From: Patescibacteria group bacterium | Lineage (GTDB): Bacteria; Patescibacteriota; Patescibacteriia; XYB2-FULL-38-15 | Reading direction: 5' to 3' | DNA length: 64,000 nt | Assembly (NCBI GenBank): GCA_041653675.1 | Contig: JBAZEY010000006.1 | Span: 837-64,836, forward strand | Part shown: piece by piece, positions 28,426 to 39,559 of the stretch | How the letters are laid out: every line of letters starts with the position of its first letter | Numbering within the stretch: the first letter of the stretch is position 1 | Notes under the pieces: generated by a model | What the model was told of the DNA's origin: nothing | The model's database searches: none | Seen by the model: only the letters and a program-made list of their open reading frames with translations | Translations under genes and position numbers: made by a program

Positions 28426-30657
28426 TTATAATTTCACTCTTTTTAACCTCAAAGAATTTCCCACGACGCTTATACTCGATAACCCCATCGCCGCCGCAGC
28501 CAAAATCGGATTCAATAAAACTCCAAAAAACGGATAAAGGACACCCGCGGCGACTGGAATCAAAATTGTATTATAAGCATAAGCCCAAAATAAGTTTTGT
28601 TTTATAATTTTCATCGTTGCCCGGGAAAGTTCTAACGCCGCGACAACACCCGAAAGATCGCCCTTTATCAAAGTAATGTCTCCCGCCTCCATAGCGATAT
28701 CTGTGCCCGTTCCCATAGCAATGCCAATATCCGCGGCAGCCAAAGCTGGAGCATCATTAATTCCGTCGCCAACCATTGCTACAATTTTTCCCTCTGCCTG
28801 TAATTTTTGGACTTCTTCCGCTTTTCTTTCCGGTAAAACTTTAGCAATAACGCGTTCGATTCCAACTTCACGCGCGATCGCCTCAGCGGTTTTTTGATTA
28901 TCGCCAGTCATCATAATTACTTCCAATCCCATTTTTTTCAATTTTTCTACGGCGGCGCGCGAACTTTCTTTTGGTGTATCAGCCACGGCGATTAAACCAA
29001 TCTCTTTCCCATCTACTGCTACAATCATTACCGTTTTCCCCTGCCCCTCTAACTCGGCCATTTTTTCTTCCCCGCCCGACATAACAACTTCCTGCCCAAC
29101 CATCAATTGTTTTGTCCCAACTAAAACTTTTTTTCCGGAAATTTTTGCCCGAACGCCCGCGCCAGCGACGGCTTCAAAACTATCCGCTTCAGACAAAGCG
29201 ATATTTTTATTTTTTGCAGCCTCGACAATCGCCTGGCCGAGAGGATGCTCGGAATTTTTTTCCGCGCTTGCCGCCAAAAAGATTATTTCATTCTCCGGCA
29301 AAGAAGTGAAAGAAACAACGTCCGTTAAAGACGGCTTACCCGTCGTGATTGTTCCTGTTTTATCCATAACAACCGCGTTTGCCTTATGGGCGATCTCCAA
29401 ACTTTCCGCATCTTTAATTAAAATTCCGTTTGCCGCGCCAAGTCCTGTCCCAACCATAATCGCCGTCGGCGTCGCAAGTCCCAGGGCGCAAGGACAAGCA
29501 ATAATTAAAACTGCGACAAAGTTTAAAAGCGCAAAAGTAAACGCCGGAGCCGGACCAAAAATTAACCAAATAATAAAAGTTATCGCGGCAATCCCCAAGA
29601 CCGACGGAACAAAAATCGCTGTAACCTTGTCGGCTAATTTTTGAATTGGCGCTTTAGATCCTTGGGCGCGCAAAACTAACTCAATAATTTGCGCGAGTAT
29701 CGTCTCTTTTCCAACTTTAGTCGCTCTGAATTTAAACGCTCCGAATTTATTTATTGTCGCGCCGATAACCGGCTCGCCGACTTCTTTTGTCACCGGCATT
29801 GATTCACCGGTCACCATTGATTCGTCTATTGAGGTTTGTCCTTCAATAATAATTCCGTCAACTGGAATTTTTTCTCCCGGACGGACGACAACAATATCAC
29901 CGACTGCTACTTCTTCAACCGGAATATCTTTTTCTTCGCCGTCGCGCACGACGCGCGCGGTTTTTGCCCGCAGACCCATCAATTTTTTAATAGCCTCCGA
30001 AGTTCCCGCCCTGGCCCGAGCTTCAAGAAGCCGGCCGAGTAAAATTAAAGTGATGATAATCGCGGCCGTGTCAAAGTAAAGATTTACTTCCAAACCCGCG
30101 CCGCGAAAAACTTCCGGAAAAAAAGTCGCGACAAGGCTGTATCCATAAGCCGCTGAGGTGCCAACCGCGATCAGCGTATCCATATTCGCCATTTTATTTT
30201 TAAGCGCAATTAAAAATCCACGATAGAATTGCCAGCCGACCCAAAATTGAACTGGCGTAGCTAGAAAAAATAAAACTACGCGATTCATTAAAAATTCCGG
30301 CGTCCAAAAAAACCACTCAGGAAAACTTCCCCAAAAAACAAGGGTGCTTAAAACCGCGCCAACAAAAACTTTTCTTTTTAAATTTTTTAATTCTTCTTCG
30401 CGCATCATTTTTTCATGATCATGTCCGGGCGCGTGCATCGCATCAGTATCCATAAGGCTCGCCTTATATCCTAATTTTTCTATTGCTTCGATAATTTCTT
30501 TCTCGCTAACTTTTATCTCATTAAAATCAACCGCCGCTTTCGCCGCCGGCAAATTAACATTCACTTTTTCGATACCATCAATCTTTTTCAAAAAAATCTC
30601 AATATTGGCGGCGCAACTCGCGCAATCCATTCCTAAAACTTGAAAAATTTTCTGCAT
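28426..30657 (-). CDS. copA: copper-translocating P1B-type ATPase
   Basis: N-terminal HMA domain GMDCASCA, a TM CPC motif, DKTGT phosphorylation site and GDGINDAP. Confidence 0.9.
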   Translation of the reverse strand: MQKIFQVLGMDCASCAANIEIFLKKIDGIEKVNVNLPAAKAAVDFNEIKVSEKEIIEAIEKLGYKASLMDTDAMHAPGHDHEKMMREEELKNLKRKVFVGAVLSTLVFWGSFPEWFFWTPEFLMNRVVLFFLATPVQFWVGWQFYRGFLIALKNKMANMDTLIAVGTSAAYGYSLVATFFPEVFRGAGLEVNLYFDTAAIIITLILLGRLLEARARAGTSEAIKKLMGLRAKTARVVRDGEEKDIPVEEVAVGDIVVVRPGEKIPVDGIIIEGQTSIDESMVTGESMPVTKEVGEPVIGATINKFGAFKFRATKVGKETILAQIIELVLRAQGSKAPIQKLADKVTAIFVPSVLGIAAITFIIWLIFGPAPAFTFALLNFVAVLIIACPCALGLATPTAIMVGTGLGAANGILIKDAESLEIAHKANAVVMDKTGTITTGKPSLTDVVSFTSLPENEIIFLAASAEKNSEHPLGQAIVEAAKNKNIALSEADSFEAVAGAGVRAKISGKKVLVGTKQLMVGQEVVMSGGEEKMAELEGQGKTVMIVAVDGKEIGLIAVADTPKESSRAAVEKLKKMGLEVIMMTGDNQKTAEAIAREVGIERVIAKVLPERKAEEVQKLQAEGKIVAMVGDGINDAPALAAADIGIAMGTGTDIAMEAGDITLIKGDLSGVVAALELSRATMKIIKQNLFWAYAYNTILIPVAAGVLYPFFGVLLNPILAAAAMGLSSISVVGNSLRLKRVKL

Positions 30658-30689
30658 AAAATATAACGTTAGTTTATTTTTAAAAAATT

Positions 30690-31823
30690 TTAATTAACAA
30701 TAAATTTTCCCCAAACCATCTTCATTCCGCAGGAAAAGGGAATCTCTCCTGTTTCGGTCGGCGTAAATTCAATGATATTTTCTCCATATTTCAAATCTTT
30801 TCTGATCCCGAATTTTTCCAGTAAAATCGCGTCGGTACAGCCGCTCATCTGTTTCACGTTTATAATCCATCTGACCGGCACATCCTTTTTTACATACAAA
30901 ACATTTGGCACATAACCGCGGTAAGTCAAATCCATTTTTATAATTTGGTATTCGCCTTCAGCCGGCGGCTCACCGCTCGCAGGATTTTCCACCACCTGCC
31001 CGTTCGGCAATAAATTTCTAAATCCCCAGCCGAAATTGGTAAGTCCGCGATTTAACATAAATAAACCCAGAATAATAACGACCACGCCGGAAATCTTCAT
31101 CATTTTTTTCACTCGTTCGCTGGAAATTGAAGTAATAAAATATCCAAAACCAAGCATCAAAAAAACCGTACCCGCACCAAAGAAAAACAAGGAAAGCGCG
31201 CCAGAGAGGGCGCTTCCGGTACCCAAGGCGTAAAACTGAACGGCTTGCAGAGGACCGCACGGCATAAATCCATTCAAAAATCCAATGATAAGCGGCCCTT
31301 TTGATTTCTTCTCGTATTTTTGGGAAAACAAATATTTGGCCACGAACATCGGCATCTTTGATTTTATTTTTTCAATGAAGTTAATGTTTTTAACAAGCGA
31401 CGCGCCCATGGCAAGCATTACGGCCGCGGCGAACAAAGTCAGGACACCGGAAAAAATGGGATTAACCCCAAAAAATGATCCGATGCCGCCCAAAACCGCC
31501 CCAACCAAAGTATATGAAATAATTCTTCCAAAATTATAATAGAGATGAGGAAGAATTTTTTTCTGATTCCCTTCTTGAAGACAGTTGCTGGCGGTGTAGG
31601 TTACTACAAACCCTCCGCACATTCCCACGCAATGAAAACTGGCAAGAATCCCGATTACAAATAATAACCCATATCCCAAATTTTTGTCCTGAAGCCGGGA
31701 AAAAATTTGAAGAACGCCGTTTTTTTGCAAAATAAAATAAACTCCCAAAAGCACTACTGCCCCTAAACCGATCAAAATATATTTTGTTGCCCTGACCTCA
31801 AAATTATCTTTTTTGTCTGACAT
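30690..31823 (-). CDS. DsbD_2/UreH-like transmembrane protein (HCxxMCGG) with C-terminal cupredoxin-like domain; probable copper handling
   Basis: HCVGMCGG motif in TM2. The C-terminal ~110 aa is a beta-rich domain with Cys/His/Met ligand candidates. The gene sits between csoR and copA. Confidence 0.45.
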   Translation of the reverse strand: MSDKKDNFEVRATKYILIGLGAVVLLGVYFILQKNGVLQIFSRLQDKNLGYGLLFVIGILASFHCVGMCGGFVVTYTASNCLQEGNQKKILPHLYYNFGRIISYTLVGAVLGGIGSFFGVNPIFSGVLTLFAAAVMLAMGASLVKNINFIEKIKSKMPMFVAKYLFSQKYEKKSKGPLIIGFLNGFMPCGPLQAVQFYALGTGSALSGALSLFFFGAGTVFLMLGFGYFITSISSERVKKMMKISGVVVIILGLFMLNRGLTNFGWGFRNLLPNGQVVENPASGEPPAEGEYQIIKMDLTYRGYVPNVLYVKKDVPVRWIINVKQMSGCTDAILLEKFGIRKDLKYGENIIEFTPTETGEIPFSCGMKMVWGKFIVN

Positions 31824-31825
31824 TT

Positions 31826-32104
31826 TTAAATTTTGTTACTTGTTTTATAAATCCCCATCAATTCCTGCACCATGCTCCGCTGTTTATTCTTGCTTCTCCC
31901 GAGGGCGGCGCTAACCACGCAAGTGTCGAAGTGGCTGCCCAAAATTAACTCGTTAACTTTATGTAACGCGTTAATCACCGCTTTATTTTGTTTAATCACG
32001 TCAATACAATAAACGTCATTCTCAACCATCTTTTTAATTCCGTCCAAATGGCCTTTTAAATAACTCATTCTTTTTAAACATTCCTTTTTGACCGCGGGTT
32101 TCAT
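31826..32104 (-). CDS. csoR: CsoR/RcnR-family metal-sensing repressor
   Basis: LKRMSYLKGHLDGIKKMVENDVYCIDVIKQ...H...C carries the CsoR W-X-Y-Z ligand pattern (Cys, His, Cys). Confidence 0.8.
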   Translation of the reverse strand: MKPAVKKECLKRMSYLKGHLDGIKKMVENDVYCIDVIKQNKAVINALHKVNELILGSHFDTCVVSAALGRSKNKQRSMVQELMGIYKTSNKI

Positions 32105-32141
32105 AACTTAAATAATTTTAAAAAATTAAATATTTATTTCC

Positions 32142-32166
32142 TACCCTCCCCCAGGGGGTATGGGTA
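32142..32166. promoter_or_regulatory. putative CsoR operator (TACCC-N-GGGGTA type GC-rich palindrome)
   Basis: TACCCTCCCCCAGGGGGTATGGGTA lies ~40 bp upstream of the csoR start. It resembles known CsoR operators (TACCC..GGGGTA half-sites). Confidence 0.5.
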
Positions 32167-32273
32167 AAAGATAACATAACTAAAAAAATCTGTCAAAAAG
32201 TTATCCACATCCCCAAAAACAAAAGCAACCCGCCAAATTGACGGATCGCTTCTAAAACTTTTCTTTTGATAAA

Positions 32274-33176
32274 TTACTTTCTTTTTCTCTCAGCCAACTC
32301 TTCCCACAAAACAAGCGCCGGGCTTGCGATGAAAATTGAAGAGTAAGCGCCCAAACCAATACCGACAATCAAAGCCAGAGCAAAATATTTAACCGTCTCC
32401 CCTCCCCAGAAAAATACTGCCACGAGCGCGAGCAAAGTTGTGAGAGTTGTGTTTATTGAGCGGGCAAACGTTTGATTAACACTTTCATTTACAATCTTAT
32501 CAAAATTTTCATAATCTCCGCCGGCATGAATCAAATTTTCTCTAGTACGATCAAATACTACAATCGTATCGTTTACCGAATAACCCAAGATCGTTAAAAT
32601 CGCTGCGACAAAAGCGCTGTTCACTTCCACTCCGGCGAAATGTCCAAGTACAGCAAAAAGTCCAATAGGAATGCCGACGTCGTGAAGCAAGGCCAAAACG
32701 GCAATCATACCGTATTTCCAAGAAGCAACAGGTTTGGAAACTTTCCGAAAAGCCCAGGCGATGTAAAGAATAATACATATCAAAACAATCACCACGGAAT
32801 AAACCGCCTTGGCGCGTAATTCTTTACCAATTGTCGGCCCAATAGATTCAAATCTTTTCTCCTCTACTTCACCAAACTTTTCCCCAAGATGTTTTAAAAT
32901 TTCCTGATGTGTTTTTTCATCAACTGATTTAAAACGCAAGAGCATTCCCTCTTCTCCCACCGGCTGGATACTAACCTCTTCCGCGCCAAAATTTGCGAGA
33001 TCAGAAGCTAAATCCACGGTTGTCGGCCGATTTGCAAATGTCAGCTCCAAAAGCGATCCTCCCGTAAAATCAATGCCAAACTTCAGTCCCCATAACGAAA
33101 CGGCCACAATAGATAAGACAACTAGCGTGCCCGCGACAAGAAGCCAAAATTTTCTGTGTCCAATAATGTTAACCAT
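32274..33176 (-). CDS. secF: protein translocase subunit SecF
   Basis: 6-TM SecF architecture. It lies immediately downstream of secD. Confidence 0.85.
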   Translation of the reverse strand: MVNIIGHRKFWLLVAGTLVVLSIVAVSLWGLKFGIDFTGGSLLELTFANRPTTVDLASDLANFGAEEVSIQPVGEEGMLLRFKSVDEKTHQEILKHLGEKFGEVEEKRFESIGPTIGKELRAKAVYSVVIVLICIILYIAWAFRKVSKPVASWKYGMIAVLALLHDVGIPIGLFAVLGHFAGVEVNSAFVAAILTILGYSVNDTIVVFDRTRENLIHAGGDYENFDKIVNESVNQTFARSINTTLTTLLALVAVFFWGGETVKYFALALIVGIGLGAYSSIFIASPALVLWEELAERKRK

Positions 33177-33195
33177 ATTTATAAATTCAGATTAA

Positions 33196-35253
33196 TTACT
33201 TTTTATTTTTCACACCAAACAACCATGTCCCCTTATGAAACCACGGCGCGATAAAATTCAAAAGCGACCGCGTGATAAAAAGAGCTGAAAATAAACTCAT
33301 AATAACACCAACTGAAAGCGTCAGGGCAAAACCTTTAATCATACTCGTGGAAAACCAGAATAAAACTAAACAAGAAATCAAAGTAGTTAAATTTCCGTCA
33401 CGAATCGAAGGCCAGGCCCGCTTGAATGCCTCATCAATTGCCGAACCCAAAGGTTTTCCCCAGCGCAATTCTTCTTTTAATCTTTCAAAAATCAAAACAT
33501 TCGCGTCAATAGCCATACCTACTGACAAAACAAAGCCAGCGATACCAGCTAAGGTCAAAGTAACTGGGATTAATTTAAAGAGCGCGAGAACAAGTACAGC
33601 GTAACAAACCAACGACAAAGCGGAAAGCAAACCCGGTAAACGATAATATAAAATCATGAAAATAACTACAGCTAAGAACCCGAGTAAGCCAGCCATTAAG
33701 CTCTTTGCTACTGACTCTTGGCCCAAAGCCGCGCCAATTGTTTCCTGGCTAATCAAATTAATCGGCACTGGCAGAGCGCCGGCATTCAACCGTTGCGCCA
33801 AAAGTTTTGCTTCAGGAATTGTAAAGCTTCCGCTGATAACCGCCTGGCCATCTTTAATTGGTTCCTGAACGTTCGGAATGGATATTGCTTCACCGTCCAG
33901 GAAAATCGCTACTGGCTTGTTAACATTCCGTGTAGTAATTTCTCCAAATAATGTTTTTCCCTCATCATTAAATTCCAAAGCAACCTGCGGCTCGTTAGTA
34001 TTCGGATCAAATTGAACCTGGGCTTTTGTTAACTGTTTCCCCGTAAGACCGGTATAAGCCCATTCCTCGGCCGGAGGCAAAATTTCCGCTTCGGTTTTTT
34101 TATCAATTAAAATTCTTGAAACGCGGTATTCTTTAACTGCCCGTTCGTCTGTTTTATAAATTAAATGATATCCAAATTGTGTTTCAATTACGTCAGAAAT
34201 TTCTCCAACCTGCATAGAAAAAGTAGCATCTTCAAAAGGTTTAACCATCATCCCCTTGCCAAACCACCCCAAATCGCCGCCAGAAGTCGCCGCACCCGGT
34301 TCAGTGGAATTTGCTTTGACTAAATCAATAAAATTTTCCGCGGTCGCTTGTGTTTTCAATTCATCAATTTTTTTCTTGGCTTCTTCTTGAGTCAAACTAC
34401 CCGTGCAGCTCTGCGCGCCTTCCCAACAAATCAGTAAGTGATTGGCTTTAACCTCTTTTGAATCTTGTACTGCCGTTAATTTTAAAATGCCAATATTTTC
34501 GTCAGATTCGATCAAACCACTCACCCCGCCAACTTTAAGTTTTGCCGCGTCATCGTACCAATCTGAATATACTCCGTTTTTTGTAATAAAACCCAGGTCG
34601 CCGCCAACTTCTTTGGTTGCTTCATCCGTAGAATATTCTTTGACCAGAGCGGCAAAATCCGAGTTCTTTGCCCGGGCTTTTCTCAAAACTTCATTTGCTG
34701 TCTTTTTTGCCGCGGCATTATAATCGTTCATTTCTTTTTGCTGTTCGGCGGTCAGTTCTGTCGCGGTCGCAGTAGCTTGTTCTTTAAATTCTAAAAGCGG
34801 CGTTTCACCAATCATTTGAATTGCCTCTGACACATCTTTAATTCCGGCCAATTCCACAATCACCCGCTGGCTGTCTCCGGTACTCGTTGTCTGCACTACC
34901 GGCTCGGCCACGCCAAACGCGTTTACTCTTCGTTCAATCACGTCTCGCACGCCTTCAAGCGCGTCATCACGGTCTTTAGCAGGAATCGCCGAAGTATCCG
35001 CTTCATAAATCAAATGCGTTCCGCCTTGTAAATCAAGGCCGAGACGAAAAGGAATTTTATAAAATTCCGGCAAAGCAATGCCTGTGGTTTTTTTCAGCCA
35101 ATTTACTCCCTGATCATAATATTTTGGATAATCCAAAAATCCGGCAAGTACCGTGACGGCCAAAATTAAAATAATTAGCCACCAAACTTTAGCTCTGGCG
35201 GTCGTAAATAGCTTTTTTCCCGCGTTTGCGAAGAATCTTTTGATTTTGTTCAT
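33196..35253 (-). CDS. secD: protein translocase subunit SecD with inserted parvulin-type PPIase domain(s)
   Basis: SecD TM and P1 domains, plus two GGDLG(F/W) parvulin motifs (GGDLGFITKNG..., GGDLGWFGKGMMVKPFEDATF...FGYHLIYK) in the periplasmic region. Confidence 0.8.
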   Translation of the reverse strand: MNKIKRFFANAGKKLFTTARAKVWWLIILILAVTVLAGFLDYPKYYDQGVNWLKKTTGIALPEFYKIPFRLGLDLQGGTHLIYEADTSAIPAKDRDDALEGVRDVIERRVNAFGVAEPVVQTTSTGDSQRVIVELAGIKDVSEAIQMIGETPLLEFKEQATATATELTAEQQKEMNDYNAAAKKTANEVLRKARAKNSDFAALVKEYSTDEATKEVGGDLGFITKNGVYSDWYDDAAKLKVGGVSGLIESDENIGILKLTAVQDSKEVKANHLLICWEGAQSCTGSLTQEEAKKKIDELKTQATAENFIDLVKANSTEPGAATSGGDLGWFGKGMMVKPFEDATFSMQVGEISDVIETQFGYHLIYKTDERAVKEYRVSRILIDKKTEAEILPPAEEWAYTGLTGKQLTKAQVQFDPNTNEPQVALEFNDEGKTLFGEITTRNVNKPVAIFLDGEAISIPNVQEPIKDGQAVISGSFTIPEAKLLAQRLNAGALPVPINLISQETIGAALGQESVAKSLMAGLLGFLAVVIFMILYYRLPGLLSALSLVCYAVLVLALFKLIPVTLTLAGIAGFVLSVGMAIDANVLIFERLKEELRWGKPLGSAIDEAFKRAWPSIRDGNLTTLISCLVLFWFSTSMIKGFALTLSVGVIMSLFSALFITRSLLNFIAPWFHKGTWLFGVKNKK

Positions 35254-35284
35254 AGATTAATTATACTAAACCAAAATTTTATTT

Positions 35285-35349
35285 CCTGAGCCTGTCGAAG
35301 GATAAAATTTAAGTTTCACTGCATCAGTTATGCCTTCGACAAGCTCAGG
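35285..35349. repeat. palindromic repeat family A copy 1 (17-bp inverted arms CCTGAGCyTGTCGAAGG)
   Basis: cctgagcctgtcgaagg-N31-ccttcgacaagctcagg. Related copies are at 46329, 55366 and 60489. Confidence 0.7.
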
Positions 35350-35419
35350 CAATAACTGATTGGTAAATAAATAATTGTTTTAGCAGTTTAGCGCAGATTG
35401 ATTAAAGTGTAAAGTAGCC

Positions 35420-35707
35420 CTATCGCCCCGGTTTTATTACGATCTCTCCGTAATTTCCCTGCTCAATATCTGACACAAATCCGTTAAGGCCCTCCATCTG
35501 TTCATTTAGCTCGGCCATTTCAGCACGAAGTGTTTCCGCGCGGCTTGCGTCAATCGCTGGATCATTTAATTCAGTTTTTATTTCTTCAATTCTTATTCGC
35601 AATCCCTTCGCGTACTCTGTCATATCTCCGCCCAACTGCTCAATTTCTTCTGGAGATAAAACTTTTTCCGGACTCTCGGTTTCCGGACTTTTAAATTTTT
35701 CTGTCAT
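35420..35707 (-). CDS. hypothetical acidic protein (95 aa)
   Basis: ORF with host-like composition, but no motif is recognised. Confidence 0.35.
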   Translation of the reverse strand: MTEKFKSPETESPEKVLSPEEIEQLGGDMTEYAKGLRIRIEEIKTELNDPAIDASRAETLRAEMAELNEQMEGLNGFVSDIEQGNYGEIVIKPGR

Positions 35708-35754
35708 ATATTGTATTTCTTGACCATTTTACACAAATTTGATACTTTTAATAT

Positions 35755-35945
35755 AGCCGTAGGGAGACCTGGCCGAAATCCCTACTTCTCCTTCTGGAGC
35801 TGGAATTTCCGGACCCAGTGATGGAAGGAGCGGACAGGCGAGGGGCTGCCGCGAGAGAGTTGGGATACCTCTTCATAAGGAGCAGACGTGCTTCTTGTGT
35901 TGTACCGAAACCCCGACGTCCCTCTCTCTCGCGGCCTTTTTTTAT
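35755..35945 (+). ncRNA. putative structured ncRNA or GC-rich palindromic element (class unknown)
   Basis: A ~190-nt GC-rich segment in an AT-rich intergenic region. It has a local 7-bp hairpin at the 5' end (GTAGGGA...TCCCTAC) and a long-range stem GGCTGCCGCGAGAGAG/CTCTCTCGCGGCC ending in a T7 run. It has no SD-preceded ORF. Confidence 0.35.
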
Positions 35946-38689
35946 TTTCCGCAACACTTTTTATATTTTTGTCCGCTGCCGCAAGGGCATGGATCATTTC
36001 TCCCAATTTTTTCTCCTTCCGCCGTTCGCGGTTTGGCTTTAATGTCGGCCGGAGCGTTGCGGCTGTCGCCCTCTTTTGCTGGCGCGGATAATTTTACACC
36101 TTGGCGTTGCATCAAAGACGGCGCGGTTTTTGTCTCCAGACCAACTTTATAAACATTATAAACAACTTCTCGATTTATAAAATGCATCAATTCCTGAAAC
36201 ATTCTGTATGTTTCTTTTTTATATTCCACAAGCGGATCGTGCTGGCCATAACCGCGGAGGCCAATGCCAGTGCGCAAATAATCAACCGCGCTCAAGTGAT
36301 CAACCCAAAGCGAATCAATCGCCCGAAGCATCATCGCCCGCTCAATCTGGCGCATAATTTTTTCTCCATCTTGTTTTATTTTTTCCGCCTGCTCGGAAAT
36401 TCTCTTTTCTAAATTTTCATAAGCTCCGCGCGCGAGTTCCATCAAATATTCAATGATGCGAGTCCGAACCGCCGCGTCATGCGCCTTGTCTCCGGCCCAA
36501 CGGCGAAGATCATCCATCTTAATCCGCGCTTCCGGCGCGACCGGAAAAATCGTTCCTACTACTTCGTAAATTTCTTCCAAATTCCAATCCCCTTCCTGCT
36601 CCGAAGCGGTATGAAATAAAACGACTTGCTCAATTTCATCTTCAACCATTTCCAAAACTTTTGTTTTGCTGTCTTCCGCCGCTAAAATGTCGCGGCGTTT
36701 TTTGTAAATAACTTCACGATGTTTATTTAAAACATCATCATAATCAAGCAAATGTTTTCTAATATCAAAGTTGTGTCCTTCTACGCGATGCTGGGCTGTT
36801 TCAAGTGAACGCGAAACCATCCGATTTTCAATCGGCATATCTTCCGGCATATTGAGCCGCGCCATCAAACCCTTCAGCCGGTCCCCGGCAAAAATTCTCA
36901 TCAAATCATCTCCAAGCGAAAGATAAAATTGCGAAGAACCAGGATCGCCCTGGCGTCCAGTGCGGCCGCGCAACTGATTATCAATTCGGCGAGACTCATG
37001 GCGCTCAGTACCAAGAATGTGCAAACCGCCTAATTCCCGAACCTTTTTCGCTTCTTCCGCCGAAGGCGGGTTCCCGCCTAAAATAATGTCTACGCCGCGG
37101 CCAGCCATATTTGTCGCGACCGTCACAGCGCCCTGCCGCCCGGCCTGAGCAATAATTTCTGCTTCTTTTTCATGATGTTTGGCATTTAAAACTTGATGCG
37201 GCACGCCTTCACGCTCGAGCATTTGGCTTAAAATTTCATTTTTTTCAATGGAAATTGTGCCGACCAAAACCGGCTGCCCCTTTTCGTGGCGTTCTTTGAT
37301 TTCTTGAACCACGGCCGTAAATTTTCCCTGCTCTGTTCGATAAATCCTGTCGGGCAGGTCCTTACGAATCATTGGCTTATTTGTCGGAATGGAAATAACT
37401 TCCAAACTATAAATTTTGGAAAACTCTTCCGCCTCGGTAAGCGCGGTACCGGTCATGCCAGCAAGTTTTTTGTAAAGCCTAAATAAATTTTGAAAAGTAA
37501 CTGTGGCCAAAGTTTTTGATTCTTCGCGGACGCGCACGCCTTCTTTTGCTTCAATCGCCTGATGCAAACCTTCGCTGTAGCGCCGGCCTATCATCAGTCG
37601 TCCGGTAAATTCATCCACAATTATTACTTCACCTTCCCCGCCTCGCGTCGGCTCGCCTTCGCGAGTCGAGGCGGGACGGACAACATAATCGCGGTCGCGT
37701 TTAAATAAAGTTTCGGCGCGCAGAGCCTGCTCAATATGATGAACCATGGTAATGCCACCTGAAGTATAAATATTTTCCACGCCGAGCAATTTTTCCATTT
37801 TGGTAATGCCCGCTCCGGTCAAGGTTGCCGCACGCATTTTTTCATCAATATTATAATCTTCATTTTCTTTCAAGCCGCGCACAAGATTGGCAAATTTTGC
37901 GTAAAGATCTCCCGACTCTTCGGCCGGCGCGGAAATAATCAAAGGTGTTCTTGCTTCATCAATTAAAATGCTATCAACTTCATCAATAATCGCATAATTC
38001 AATTCGCGCTGCGCCATGTTTTCCAAACTTGTCACCATGTTGTCGCGCAAATAATCAAAACCAAATTCATTATTCGTGCCATAAAGAATATCCGCGGCAT
38101 AAGCGTCTTTTCTCGGAACTGGTTTTAAAAATTCTTGAACGACTTTGAAACTGGCGGCCTGATCATCTCCCGATGGAGTCTCGTCTTTATATTCTGGATC
38201 ATACAAAAATGCCGCGTCATGTTGGATGCAGCCAACTGATAAACCCAGTGCGTGATAAACCTTCCCCATCCAAACCGCGTCTCTTTTCGCCAAATAATCA
38301 TTCACAGTGACAACATGGACGCCATTACCCGTTAGCGCGTTCAAATATACTGCCAAAGTCGCGGTCAAGGTTTTGCCTTCACCGGTTTTCATCTCGGCAA
38401 TTTGTCCGCGATGCAAAACAACGCCGCCAATTAACTGCGCGTCAAAATGTCGCTGGCCCAAAACGCGCTTGGCAGTTTCCCGGACTACGGCAAAAGCTTC
38501 CGGCAAAATATCGTCCAGTGTCTCGCCTTTCACCAACCGCTCCTTAAATTTTCCCGTCTCGTTTTTTAATTCTTCAAAAGAAAACGACTCGAATTTCGGT
38601 TCGAGTTCGTTTATTTGCCGAACAATCGGCTCTATTTTTTCAATTATTTTTTTATTCGGATCACCGAATATTTTAGTTAACAAACTCAT
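35942..38689 (-). CDS. secA: preprotein translocase ATPase SecA
   Basis: DEAD-like motor with Walker A (GEGKT) and a C-terminal zinc-binding tail [14 protein letters not shown]. Confidence 0.95.
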   Translation of the reverse strand: MSLLTKIFGDPNKKIIEKIEPIVRQINELEPKFESFSFEELKNETGKFKERLVKGETLDDILPEAFAVVRETAKRVLGQRHFDAQLIGGVVLHRGQIAEMKTGEGKTLTATLAVYLNALTGNGVHVVTVNDYLAKRDAVWMGKVYHALGLSVGCIQHDAAFLYDPEYKDETPSGDDQAASFKVVQEFLKPVPRKDAYAADILYGTNNEFGFDYLRDNMVTSLENMAQRELNYAIIDEVDSILIDEARTPLIISAPAEESGDLYAKFANLVRGLKENEDYNIDEKMRAATLTGAGITKMEKLLGVENIYTSGGITMVHHIEQALRAETLFKRDRDYVVRPASTREGEPTRGGEGEVIIVDEFTGRLMIGRRYSEGLHQAIEAKEGVRVREESKTLATVTFQNLFRLYKKLAGMTGTALTEAEEFSKIYSLEVISIPTNKPMIRKDLPDRIYRTEQGKFTAVVQEIKERHEKGQPVLVGTISIEKNEILSQMLEREGVPHQVLNAKHHEKEAEIIAQAGRQGAVTVATNMAGRGVDIILGGNPPSAEEAKKVRELGGLHILGTERHESRRIDNQLRGRTGRQGDPGSSQFYLSLGDDLMRIFAGDRLKGLMARLNMPEDMPIENRMVSRSLETAQHRVEGHNFDIRKHLLDYDDVLNKHREVIYKKRRDILAAEDSKTKVLEMVEDEIEQVVLFHTASEQEGDWNLEEIYEVVGTIFPVAPEARIKMDDLRRWAGDKAHDAAVRTRIIEYLMELARGAYENLEKRISEQAEKIKQDGEKIMRQIERAMMLRAIDSLWVDHLSAVDYLRTGIGLRGYGQHDPLVEYKKETYRMFQELMHFINREVVYNVYKVGLETKTAPSLMQRQGVKLSAPAKEGDSRNAPADIKAKPRTAEGEKIGRNDPCPCGSGQKYKKCCGK

Positions 38690-38885
38690 AAATCAAATTA
38701 ATTTAGAAAGAAAACTATGATAATCATCACGTCTCGCCCCGCTTGAAGCCTCAAGATTAACACTAATTAAAATCAAATGGAAGCCGCCAGGCGTTTCCGT
38801 GGAACAGACATTAAATTATTTTATAACTGACTTCGGGCTTTGTGCGGGGTCACCAAAAATCTTTTGAAGTAATGGCATAAAAATT

Positions 38886-38987
38886 TACCCCCATACCAAT
38901 ATTTACAACTCTTCAGTGGGAGATTTTTATCTAAAATTATTTTGTTTATATTTTAAAATTCATTTCACGGATTGGTGTGGGGGTTTA
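38886..38987. repeat. palindromic repeat family B copy (ACCCCCAyACCAAT inverted arms, 67-bp spacer)
   Basis: tacccccataccaat ... attggtgtgggggt. The same core (CCCCCACACCAA) forms the tight palindrome inside murC. Confidence 0.6.
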
Positions 38988-39527
38988 CGGCACAAACACC
39001 GCCGCGGAAATAACAGTCGTCCACAAACCATTTTTATCGGCGATGGCCGACTGGGTAATGTTTGTTGTTTTAACTATTTTTCCACTGACTTTATAAATTT
39101 GTTCGCGCTCGTCCCAAGCCTGGTTGGAATCAAATTCCACGCCGAGTGTTGAAGCAAGCATGGAAGCGGCCAAATCTTCTGCATATTCTCCAGCTTTTTG
39201 ATCTGTTTCGCCAAATGGATGATGTTCTGATAGATATCCGTATTGAGCTGGGTCAGATGGCACGGCCAAACCAATTGACGAAGCTATAAGCCGGTTCGGC
39301 TCATTGGTTGCGTTTCTTGCCATGACGCAAAAAACCACTTCGCCAGCTTTAAGTTCAGTAAGCCCTTGAGTTTTGTTAATTATTTTACAACCCGGCGGAA
39401 AAATACTTGAAACACAGACAATGTTAAATTTTTCAATTCCGGCGTCTCGGAGCGCCGCTTCAAAAGACTGCAACATTTCTTTGTCCCGGCCGACTCCTTT
39501 CGTGAAAAAAACTTTACTTGGAACCAT
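38985..39527 (-). CDS. pdaD: pyruvoyl-dependent arginine decarboxylase (archaeal PdaD type)
   Basis: Size ~170-180 aa. The self-cleavage site context [13 protein letters not shown] has an internal Ser-Ser, and overall similarity is to PF01862. Confidence 0.6.
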   Translation of the reverse strand: MVPSKVFFTKGVGRDKEMLQSFEAALRDAGIEKFNIVCVSSIFPPGCKIINKTQGLTELKAGEVVFCVMARNATNEPNRLIASSIGLAVPSDPAQYGYLSEHHPFGETDQKAGEYAEDLAASMLASTLGVEFDSNQAWDEREQIYKVSGKIVKTTNITQSAIADKNGLWTTVISAAVFVP

Positions 39528-39559
39528 CTCTTTAAAAATTAAAATTATGAATTAATAAA

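Noticed and set aside
35755-35945. Assigning the GC-rich segment downstream of secA specifically as SRP (4.5S) RNA or 6S RNA
   Set aside because: Only a short GGAAGGAGC resemblance to SRP domain IV. The 5'/3' ends do not pair as in 4.5S RNA. The class cannot be determined by eye, so it is kept as a generic ncRNA candidate.
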